DNA from: Parcubacteria bacterium RAAC4_OD1_1
GTDB taxonomy: Bacteria; Patescibacteriota; Minisyncoccia; Phycocordibacterales; UBA9973
NCBI GenBank assembly: GCA_000505065.1
Contig: AWSN01000001.1
Coordinates: 385 to 64,384, forward strand
DNA length: 64,000 nucleotides
Reading direction: 5' to 3'
Under the pieces are notes generated by a model. The model did not search any database. It was not told where the DNA came from and saw only the letters and a list, made by a program, of their open reading frames with translations. Shown piece by piece: positions 21,851 through 29,818 of the stretch. Position numbers and translations under genes: made by a program. Position 1 is the first letter of the stretch, and every line of letters begins with the position of its first letter.

Positions 21851-22410
21851 AAATAAAAAGAATTCTAAATGATTTAGAATATGAAATAGTTGATCAAATA
21901 TTAGTTGCTGAAATATGCTTTAATATTTGTAAGACAACTCCTATTATTAACGGAAGAGGTAGTGATTTTATACCTTTTTATTATAATTTAAATTTTTCTA
22001 AAGGGATAATAACTCTTCACAGTTTGCTCTTATCTAAACAATTTGATGAAATAACAATTAAAAATTATTTAAAACAATATAAAACTGAACATCCACTAAA
22101 AAATATAGAAGAATTTGAATGTGAGTTAAGTAAATTATCTAAGGAATGTAAAGATATATTACCTATTTCTTTAAGAAATAAAATTTGTGCACACATAGAT
22201 CAAGGTTTTACACATGTAGATTTTACAAATGCTTATATCTACCCATCAGCAATAGAAATTTATATTAATTTAATAATAAAATTAAAGAAATTATTTTTTA
22301 ATTTTTGTGGACATGCAGAATATGACCGCCCATTTGATAATATTCTGGAACAAAGTAAATTTATAACAAAAATAATTATTAATAACTCCTCAAATGACTA
22401 CAATCTATAA
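21847..22410 (+). CDS. hypothetical protein (187 aa); cargo gene 2, translationally coupled (ATGA overlap) to gene 1
   Basis: Start codon overlaps the upstream stop by 4 nt. Cys/His-containing (CELSKLSKECK, CAHIDQGFTH, CGHAEYDRP). Confidence 0.5.
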   Translation: MKIKRILNDLEYEIVDQILVAEICFNICKTTPIINGRGSDFIPFYYNLNFSKGIITLHSLLLSKQFDEITIKNYLKQYKTEHPLKNIEEFECELSKLSKECKDILPISLRNKICAHIDQGFTHVDFTNAYIYPSAIEIYINLIIKLKKLFFNFCGHAEYDRPFDNILEQSKFITKIIINNSSNDYNL

Positions 22411-22411
22411 T

Positions 22412-23734
22412 TTAATATCTATCTAAAACTATTTTTTTATTTTTCAACAAAATCTTACTTTTTAAACACCCAAGTAGTTCTCTCTTCTCAGCATCTGTTC
22501 CATCTCTTAATACATACTTAGCATATCCTCGAATATCAATATTTGATATTTTTACTTTTTCTTTATTGCCAAGGAAGAAGTTTTGCATTTTAGAGAATCT
22601 TTCTATGTCTTCTTTAATCTTTTCCTTAACTTGGATTTCGTTAATATCTATTTTTTCAATTAATTCCTCAAATTGTTTCAATATTTCTTTCTCTTCTGTA
22701 TATCCACATTTACAATCTGTCCCTCTGGCTTTAGTGCAACCATAATATACATATCTAGTTATTGTTCCATTCTTGTATTTCTTAAACTTTTCATCTGCAC
22801 ATATTCCAGACCCACAAAGTCCACAAGTCATCATTTTAGTGAAAGCGAATTCTTTACCCTCTACTCTTAGTACTTGGCTCTTAATCTGTTCTTGAACTAA
22901 ATTAAATAATTCTTTAGTTATTAAAGGTTCATGTTTTCCTGTGTACCAATTGCCACTCTTTTTTGGATATTCAAATACTCCATAATAGAAGGGATTATCT
23001 AGTATTTTGTATATATTACCTAGACTAAGATGTTTCTTTCCATTAAAAGTTCTGAAGTTTAGGTCAAATCGAAGCCAATTATATAACTTTCTCCCACTCC
23101 AATGTTCATATGCAACTTTCTCAAACATTTTCTTGATTGTTAGTGCTCGTTCAGGATCTAATATTGCTTGGCATTTTCTATCTGTTCTTTTTTCATTTAA
23201 GTACCCAGTCGGTGCCACTCCTGGTCGCAGTCCCATTTCACATCTAGTTCGTAATCCTCGTTTAACATTTACACTTTTATTATCATTCTCTAGTTTTGCT
23301 TGAGAACATAGAATCATTAATAAAAACTTTTCATTTGGTGAGTTTTTAAAATGTTGCCCATATGTTCTGATTTCTAAAAGTAACTGTTGATCCATTAAAT
23401 CTACTACTGATCCAAGATCACCTGCATTTCTTGAAAGTCTATCTGGTGCCCAAGTAAGTATTCCATTAAATCGTCCACGTCGTATATCTTCCAATATTTC
23501 TTTGTATACTGGTCGCTGTCCTGATTCTTTGGCACTATGTGATTCTCTTCTAATTTCCACTACCTCCAAACCATCTCGTTCAGCAAGTTGTAACATTTCT
23601 TTAACCTGTGAATCGATAGAGAGCACCTGTCTTTCTTCAGATTCTGTTGATTTACGAGCATATAGCACATATTTAATTTTTGGTGCTTGAACTAATATTT
23701 CCTTATTAATCCTAGCTGTTGCATATGTTTCCAT
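22412..23734 (-). CDS. large serine recombinase (resolvase/invertase N-domain + recombinase domain + zinc-ribbon)
   Basis: KYVLYARKSTESEERQVLSIDSQ (catalytic Ser region), ...ILTWAPDRLSRN..., and C-terminal CGLCGSGICADEKF...YVYYGCTKARGTDCKCG zinc ribbon. 440 aa. Confidence 0.85.
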   Translation of the reverse strand: METYATARINKEILVQAPKIKYVLYARKSTESEERQVLSIDSQVKEMLQLAERDGLEVVEIRRESHSAKESGQRPVYKEILEDIRRGRFNGILTWAPDRLSRNAGDLGSVVDLMDQQLLLEIRTYGQHFKNSPNEKFLLMILCSQAKLENDNKSVNVKRGLRTRCEMGLRPGVAPTGYLNEKRTDRKCQAILDPERALTIKKMFEKVAYEHWSGRKLYNWLRFDLNFRTFNGKKHLSLGNIYKILDNPFYYGVFEYPKKSGNWYTGKHEPLITKELFNLVQEQIKSQVLRVEGKEFAFTKMMTCGLCGSGICADEKFKKYKNGTITRYVYYGCTKARGTDCKCGYTEEKEILKQFEELIEKIDINEIQVKEKIKEDIERFSKMQNFFLGNKEKVKISNIDIRGYAKYVLRDGTDAEKRELLGCLKSKILLKNKKIVLDRY

Positions 23735-24548
23735 ATACCAATGGTGTCAGAGAATAATAGTATTGCTAAGTCTATGCAGAATTAGGGATTCGTCGCATAA
23801 TCGTATTGAAAATAGTGACATTTATATGTAACCTTATATGTCTAAGTACTGTCACTTTTGTCACTTTTTGAAGTCGCACGAGATACGTCGTTATGGTAAT
23901 ATAAAATTATTAGAAATAATGTTACAGGGCTTATCGGGGAAAGGTCCTAACACGAGGAACACCGCAAAAAAACAAAATCGGGTTTCCCTCGAAAAAATGC
24001 GGCGTCGCGAAGCGACGACGATTGGATTTCCACTAATTTATCTTTTTCATTTTCCACTAACATCCATTTAGCCCAATCGAGTGGCAAAGAAACTTTTTTG
24101 ATTTCATTTATTTTATTGATTAATAATTGGGGTTCATTTTCTACTCTAACTTCTAGTTTTTCCGCGGAAAAAAGTGTATTATATATACATATAGTAGTTA
24201 GTTAATACTAATTATTGTTTTGTGTATATTATTAATCAATAGTTTTTTAAATCAATATAAAATTCTATTATTAGAAATAAATTTTAATAATAGAAAATTA
24301 TAATATGAAATATCAAAAATACACGCTTAGTTTTTTATTTTTATTAATGTTTGTAATTGCTACTCCTTCTTTATATGAGGAATTTTAGAGGTGTGTTAAT
24401 GCAGAATAATCTTGGTTTTAGAGTAGGAGATACTATACAAGTGATAAGTAAAATAATGGAAGATAATACTATCCAAGCTGTATTAATGTGTAAAGTTAAT
24501 TTACCAAAGGGTATTAGAAATATTAATAATTAATTAAAATAAAATAAA

Positions 24549-25382
24549 ATGAAATCTAAATTTGCATTTCTTTTGATTCTAGTCTTCTCATTTTTATTAA
24601 TCTCTCCTCCAATGTTTGCCTCTACAAGTGATGGAACAATAGACTCAACATATAAATATGCATGGGGCGAGAATGTCGGCTTTATAGATTTTGGCTCTAC
24701 GGCAGGAGCAGTACATGTTACAGATACAGCACTCTCTGGCTCCGCGTACGGAGAGAATATTGGATGGATAAATCTATCTACTGTTACAAATAATAATGAA
24801 GGAACTCTCTCTGGCTATGCTTGGGGAGAGAATGTAGGATTTATTGATTTTTCTAAAGTTACTATCGGTACGGATGGTGTATTTTCTGGCTCTGCATATG
24901 GCGAAAATATTGGATGGATAACATTTGGAACTACAGATAATAAAGTAGTAACAGATTGGAAACCAGCAAGCTCTAGAATTACAACCCATCACTCTTTTTC
25001 AGGTTCATTAATAAGACCAATAGTAACTCCTATAACTCCACCAATAACAACACCACAAGTTACACCTACTACCCCCTGTCTAAATGGAGCTTTATTTAAT
25101 ACAAATACTGGTTTTCCTTGTTCTGTTAATACTTCTAATCCTTCGGACGGGCAAGTAACTCTTACAAATATTACTCGTAATTTGAAACTTACCATTCCTC
25201 TTATGAATGGCCCTGACATCAAAGACTTGCAAACATACTTAAATACTCATTCATACAATTGTGGAATAGTTGACGGAATATTTGGCAATAAAACCAAACA
25301 AGCTGTTATTAAATTCCAACTAGCTAATCAATTAAAAGGGGATGGAGTCGTCGGCCCCATGACGAGAAGTAAATTAAAATAA
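24549..25382 (+). CDS. secreted tandem-repeat protein with C-terminal peptidoglycan-binding (PG_binding_1-like) domain
   Basis: Signal peptide. Four repeats of about 30 aa (YAWGENVGFIDF / SAYGENIGWINL). C-terminus LQTYLNTHSYNCGIVDGIFGNKTKQAVIKFQLANQLKGDGVVGPMT. Confidence 0.55.
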   Translation: MKSKFAFLLILVFSFLLISPPMFASTSDGTIDSTYKYAWGENVGFIDFGSTAGAVHVTDTALSGSAYGENIGWINLSTVTNNNEGTLSGYAWGENVGFIDFSKVTIGTDGVFSGSAYGENIGWITFGTTDNKVVTDWKPASSRITTHHSFSGSLIRPIVTPITPPITTPQVTPTTPCLNGALFNTNTGFPCSVNTSNPSDGQVTLTNITRNLKLTIPLMNGPDIKDLQTYLNTHSYNCGIVDGIFGNKTKQAVIKFQLANQLKGDGVVGPMTRSKLK

Positions 25383-25395
25383 TTATTAATAACCT

Positions 25396-25419
25396 TGAGC
25401 TAGGCAAGACCTAGCTCAG
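25396..25419. terminator. hairpin TGAGCTAGG-CAAGA-CCTAGCTCA between convergent-less genes
   Basis: Perfect 9-bp stem. The loop and top of the stem (AGGCAAGACCT) are identical to the hairpin at 28961-28985. Confidence 0.4.
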
Positions 25420-25427
25420 AAAACAAT

Positions 25428-26399
25428 ATGAAAAAACTTTTAAAAACAATTCCATACATAATCATTGCAGTATTAGTCGGAGTAACAGTAGCCTATGCAG
25501 GGACACTTACTCCCCCAGGAGCACCTGCCAAGTCTATGAAGTCACTCTCTGACTTATATGAACTTGTAAATACAGGAGCCAATACTCCCTCTACTGACTT
25601 CACTACTCCATCTACCGTCGCTTCTACTATGACATCTATCGGAGATGTATATGACACTCTTAAGACAAAAATAACAGATATAGACTCTACAAAGATACTT
25701 ACAGGAACTACGATATTTGGAAAAGCTGGAAGTGCGAGTGCTGGAGGTGTCAATTTAGTAAACATGTTCAATGGAACCTGTGGAAATGGAGCAGGTGCTT
25801 GCCCATCTGGAGAATTTACTGGAGGGACCCAAGCTCTCGGAGGAGTTGATGATGCTAACTCTGGCCCAGATATTCCATTAACACCACCAACCGATAGATA
25901 TGAAACTACTTGGACAGCTTGTAATGTTGGGAATAGTTACTGTGGGACAGAAGACACAGGAGCAAATATGAAAGACGAAGCTACAGGATTAGTCTGGAGT
26001 TATCCATTAAAAGGACTAGGTGGAGCAACTTTCGACACAGTAGCCCCAACTCCTGATCCGTATTGTCTATCTGCTACTTATGATGCATTGAGTTGTTATT
26101 GGGATACAGACACTTACTACTCTTGGGATGCTTCAAGAGTAGATAATGATAGTAAAACAGCACAACAGCTTTGTTCTGATCATACCGGCTGGTCTCTTCC
26201 TCATCAGAAACAACTCATGCAAGCTTATATTGATGGTGGATATGGCAATCTTGACCCAGTAGGTGTCGATCGCAATTACTGGTCGGCTACTACCCATTCG
26301 TACTATGCGAACTACGCGTGGGGCATCAATTTGCCGTATGGCTACACAGACACCTACACTAAGTTCAACAACAATAATGTTCGTTGTGTCCGAGAATAG
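25428..26399 (+). CDS. secreted protein with C-terminal DUF1566/Lcl-C-like domain
   Basis: Signal/anchor MKKLLKTIPYIIIAVLVGVTVAYA. C-terminal ...CSDHTGWSLPHQKQLMQAY...NYWSATTH...NNNVRCVRE matches the W(R)LP...L...VRCVR pattern of DUF1566. Confidence 0.5.
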   Translation: MKKLLKTIPYIIIAVLVGVTVAYAGTLTPPGAPAKSMKSLSDLYELVNTGANTPSTDFTTPSTVASTMTSIGDVYDTLKTKITDIDSTKILTGTTIFGKAGSASAGGVNLVNMFNGTCGNGAGACPSGEFTGGTQALGGVDDANSGPDIPLTPPTDRYETTWTACNVGNSYCGTEDTGANMKDEATGLVWSYPLKGLGGATFDTVAPTPDPYCLSATYDALSCYWDTDTYYSWDASRVDNDSKTAQQLCSDHTGWSLPHQKQLMQAYIDGGYGNLDPVGVDRNYWSATTHSYYANYAWGINLPYGYTDTYTKFNNNNVRCVRE

Positions 26400-26477
26400 G
26401 TTTCGCTTTGGTGCATTAGTAGAGCGTAGTAGAAAAATTAAAATTAATATTAAAATCTATGCTATAATATAAAAATT

Positions 26478-27173
26478 ATGGAAAATACAACAAATAACAT
26501 TATAAACAGTAAGAAGTTTCTAGGGATTGCTATTATTATTTTTGCAGTTTTATTATCAGTCGCTTTCTTTTTTGCAGCTATGGGATTTTCTAAACAAGGT
26601 TCCTATGTCGAAGTAAAAGGACTTTCTGAGAGAATTGTAAAAGCAGATACTGCTATATGGTCAATGACATTTGAAGTAAAATCAAATAATGTTGAGCAAA
26701 TGTATTCCGAAATAGAGAAGAATATTACAGCTATTAAAACATTTTTAAAAAGTAAAGGGTTTGAAGATAGTGAAATAAATATTGCTCCAGCAAACATTTA
26801 CCAAGATACTTATGGAAATGCTAATTTCAGATATAATGCAAACAATCAAATTTCTGTTTATACAAAGAAAGTTGATCTAGCGAAAATCACTTCCGCAGAT
26901 ACTCTTCCTTTGATGAAAAGTGGAGTAGTGCTTAACCAAAGTAATGTTTCTTTTGAATTATCAGATATAAACAGTATCAAACCTGAAATGCTAGCTGAAG
27001 CAGTAGAAAATGCTAAAAATACTGCAAATCAATTCGCAGAAAATTCTCTTTCGTCTGTCGGGAAAGTTTCTCGTGGAAATCAAGGAGTTTTTGATATCAC
27101 AGAAAAAGATCCTGGTTCTCCTGAATATAAGAAGATACGTTTAGTTTCCACATTAAGATTTCTTTTGAAATAA
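26478..27173 (+). CDS. SIMPL-domain (DUF541) protein
   Basis: N-terminal TM, then ...VEVKGLSERIVKADTAIWSMTFEV...AVENAKNTANQFAE..., typical of the SIMPL/YggE family. Confidence 0.5.
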   Translation: MENTTNNIINSKKFLGIAIIIFAVLLSVAFFFAAMGFSKQGSYVEVKGLSERIVKADTAIWSMTFEVKSNNVEQMYSEIEKNITAIKTFLKSKGFEDSEINIAPANIYQDTYGNANFRYNANNQISVYTKKVDLAKITSADTLPLMKSGVVLNQSNVSFELSDINSIKPEMLAEAVENAKNTANQFAENSLSSVGKVSRGNQGVFDITEKDPGSPEYKKIRLVSTLRFLLK

Positions 27174-27179
27174 ATTTTT

Positions 27180-27347
27180 ATGATAGAAAATAATATACAA
27201 ATAATTTGGGTATCACTTCTTGCCCTTGGTCTAGTCAAGGTCATAATAATTGTTGTTATTATTGGTATTTTATCCAAGATTCAGCCAATACTTGGACTTC
27301 TTGCTTCAATACTTTTTATCGCTTATTTACTTCATTGGATAGGCTAA
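27180..27347 (+). CDS. possible small two-TM membrane protein (55 aa); not in ORF track
   Basis: MIENNIQIIWVSLLALGLVKVIIIVVIIGILSKIQPILGLLASILFIAYLLHWIG fills the gap between SIMPL and the methyltransferase. Confidence 0.25.
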   Translation: MIENNIQIIWVSLLALGLVKVIIIVVIIGILSKIQPILGLLASILFIAYLLHWIG

Positions 27348-27353
27348 TAAGGT

Positions 27354-28043
27354 ATGTCTCATCAGGGTAATATTTGGGATAGAGAATATAATAATCCAAA
27401 GTTTGTCACAAAAAATGATGGTCCACAGGCGGACACGTTGCGTTTTTTGAAGTTTCTTAAAAAAGAAAAGAAAGTAAAATTAGAAAATCTAAATATCCTT
27501 GATCTTGGTTGCGGAACAGGTAGGAATTCAAATTATTTGAGTGGTTTGGGAAATAGTGTAATAGGAATTGAAATCTCTAAAACTGCTTTAAATCTAGCCA
27601 AAACTCGTTCTGTCCAAACCCAGTTTGGACGAGTGGAATATATTCTTGGTGATATAGGGGAGCCATATAATGTAGATGATAATTGGGCTGATGTGATACT
27701 TGATGTGACATCTTCTAATTCTCTAAATGAAAAAGGAAGAGAAGTTTATTTATCTGAAATGAATAGAGTCCTTAAAAAGGGTGGGTATATTTTTGTGCGT
27801 GCACTTTGTAAAGATGGAAATAAAAATGTAAAAAACTTATTAAAGAATAATCCTGGTAAAGAATACGACACTTATGTGATAAAAGAGATAGGTCTTACCG
27901 AGAGAGTATTTTCACGAGAAGATTTTATAAAAACTTACAGTAGATATTTCAAAATTTTAAAATTAGAAAAGAAAACAAATTATACGACATTTAATGATCG
28001 CATTTACAAGCGTGATTACTTCATTGCTTATATTCAAAAATAA
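27354..28043 (+). CDS. class I SAM-dependent methyltransferase
   Basis: ILDLGCGTGRNSNYL (motif I) and ...DVILDVTSS... (motif II region). Confidence 0.7.
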   Translation: MSHQGNIWDREYNNPKFVTKNDGPQADTLRFLKFLKKEKKVKLENLNILDLGCGTGRNSNYLSGLGNSVIGIEISKTALNLAKTRSVQTQFGRVEYILGDIGEPYNVDDNWADVILDVTSSNSLNEKGREVYLSEMNRVLKKGGYIFVRALCKDGNKNVKNLLKNNPGKEYDTYVIKEIGLTERVFSREDFIKTYSRYFKILKLEKKTNYTTFNDRIYKRDYFIAYIQK

Positions 28044-28172
28044 TTTTAATCATATTTTGGCGAGATTTGATATACTAAATAAGCTTACCTTTTTAAAAGG
28101 AATAGTGTTATAATATACATAGTAGTAGTTTTTAGGTCATTATTAGTTTATTAATTTTTAAATTATAAAAAT

Positions 28173-28937
28173 ATGAAAAATAAAATTTCGATTGTTATAA
28201 CATTTGTTATGGTTTTGTTATTAGTTTTTGTTTCTTCTAGTATTCAAGCAGAAGAAAAAAATACTAAAAGTGGTGGTTTGGAAATAGAAAATCAATTAAA
28301 AACAGAATTGTCTAATCAAGGGGAAAATACACAACTTCAAGTTGAAAATAAAATTGAACTTCAAGTTGGAACCGATGTTGATTCTAGTATTGATGTTAAT
28401 GTAAAAGGTAAATCAAATTTGAATGATGAAAATGAATCTGTTGGAGATGAAGATGAATCTAATAAAACAGATAAAGATAATTCAAACAATAAGGATGAAG
28501 AAGAAAGAAAGGTGAAGAGCGAAGAGCATAGAAGTATGGTATCAATAGCTGTAAAAGAAATGCTTAGTGTAGCAAATAGAATTGGAGGAATAGGCGAGCA
28601 AGTTCGGGTTATTGCTCAAAATCAAGTAAAGGCTCATCAAGAACTAGAAGTAAAATTAGAATCAGTTCAGACCAGGAGTAATTTTTCAAAGTTTTTTATA
28701 GGTCCAAAATATAATGAAATAAATGATTTAAAAAACCTTTTAACTCAAAATAAAGAACAGATAAAAGAATTAAACAAAATAAAATTAGAAGTTTCTAATG
28801 AGAGTGAACAGCAGATTTTAGCAGAACAAATTTCTCTTTTAGAAAAAGTTAACCTAGAAATAGAGAGTTCTCTTCAGGCAGAAGCAGAAAGTTTTAGTTT
28901 GTTTGGTTGGGTATCAAAAATATTTATCAAAAAATAA
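28173..28937 (+). CDS. secreted acidic coiled-coil protein, hypothetical
   Basis: Signal peptide. E/K/N-rich low-complexity sequence. Extended -10 TGTTATAAT at about 28106-28114 upstream. Confidence 0.45.
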   Translation: MKNKISIVITFVMVLLLVFVSSSIQAEEKNTKSGGLEIENQLKTELSNQGENTQLQVENKIELQVGTDVDSSIDVNVKGKSNLNDENESVGDEDESNKTDKDNSNNKDEEERKVKSEEHRSMVSIAVKEMLSVANRIGGIGEQVRVIAQNQVKAHQELEVKLESVQTRSNFSKFFIGPKYNEINDLKNLLTQNKEQIKELNKIKLEVSNESEQQILAEQISLLEKVNLEIESSLQAEAESFSLFGWVSKIFIKK

Positions 28938-28960
28938 TTTTAACATTTAATTTTATTTAA

Positions 28961-28985
28961 CAGAGTAAGGCAAGACCTTACTCTG
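28961..28985 (+). terminator. rho-independent terminator CAGAGTAAGG-CAAGA-CCTTACTCTG + TTTTATTT
   Basis: Perfect 10-bp stem plus T-run. Followed by extended -10 (GGTGTTATAAT) for murI. Confidence 0.6.
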
Positions 28986-29026
28986 TTTTATTTAACTATA
29001 AAAAGGATAGGTGTTATAATACTTTT

Positions 29027-29815
29027 ATGGATAAAAAGGGAAGTATTGGAGTTTTTGATTCAGGGCTCGGAGGGCTCTTTGTTTTAAAGCATTTAAAAGA
29101 GGAATTACCTGACTATGATTATATCTTCTTGGGGGATCAGGCCAATATGCCCTATGGTGATAAGACTAAAGATGAGTTATTTTTACTTGCCACAAAAGCT
29201 TTGGATTTTCTTTATGGAGAGATGAATTGTATGGGGGTGATCCTTGCTTGCAACACCATAAGCTCGACTATTTATGATAGACTCCGCGAATGGAAAGATG
29301 AAAAATATTTTGGGAGAATTCTTTTTGGAATTGTCCGCCCGACAGTAGAATCTTTTGATCCTGATGAAAAGACGGTAATATTTGCAACTCCACGGACGTG
29401 TGAATCAGAAGTTTATGAAGAATTTTTTAAAAATCATATTAAAGATTATATAAAAATTCCAATGAAAGATTTGGCTTATAAGATAGAAAATAAAGAAGAA
29501 ACTTTGTCATACATAGAGTCATTTAAAAAATTAGTGGATGGTAGTATTACAAAAGGGGCACTGCTCTGTACACATTATGGGATAAAGAAAGATGATTTCA
29601 AAAAAGCATTTCCTAAAATTAAAAATTGGATATACCAAGAAGAGCTTATCCCTAATTATCTGCGAGAATATTTTAAAGAATTCCCGGAGAGAGAAGAATT
29701 CTTTTCTAAAAATAGAAAATTGGAAATATATACGACCAAAGAAAATGAGAATTTTAATGATTTTGCAAAAAAGTGGTTTGGGGTGGATTTAAGAATAAAT
29801 TTAATTAATAAATAA
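29027..29815 (+). CDS. murI: glutamate racemase
   Basis: IGVFDSGLGGLFVLKHL..., ...ILACNTISS..., ...CTHYG... Confidence 0.85.
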   Translation: MDKKGSIGVFDSGLGGLFVLKHLKEELPDYDYIFLGDQANMPYGDKTKDELFLLATKALDFLYGEMNCMGVILACNTISSTIYDRLREWKDEKYFGRILFGIVRPTVESFDPDEKTVIFATPRTCESEVYEEFFKNHIKDYIKIPMKDLAYKIENKEETLSYIESFKKLVDGSITKGALLCTHYGIKKDDFKKAFPKIKNWIYQEELIPNYLREYFKEFPEREEFFSKNRKLEIYTTKENENFNDFAKKWFGVDLRINLINK

Positions 29816-29818
29816 TAT

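Larger units (their letters stand above)
20728..23886. mobile_element. putative integrated element at the tRNA-Ser 3' end: two-gene cargo plus large serine recombinase, bounded by shared 11-mer GCACGAGATAC (20728-20738 and 23876-23886)
   Basis: Only long minus-strand gene in a plus-strand region. A recombinase sits next to a tRNA. The identical 11-mer is preceded by AGTC(G) at both ends. Left end also carries the palindrome TCGTGCTAGCACGA. Boundaries approximate. Confidence 0.4.
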
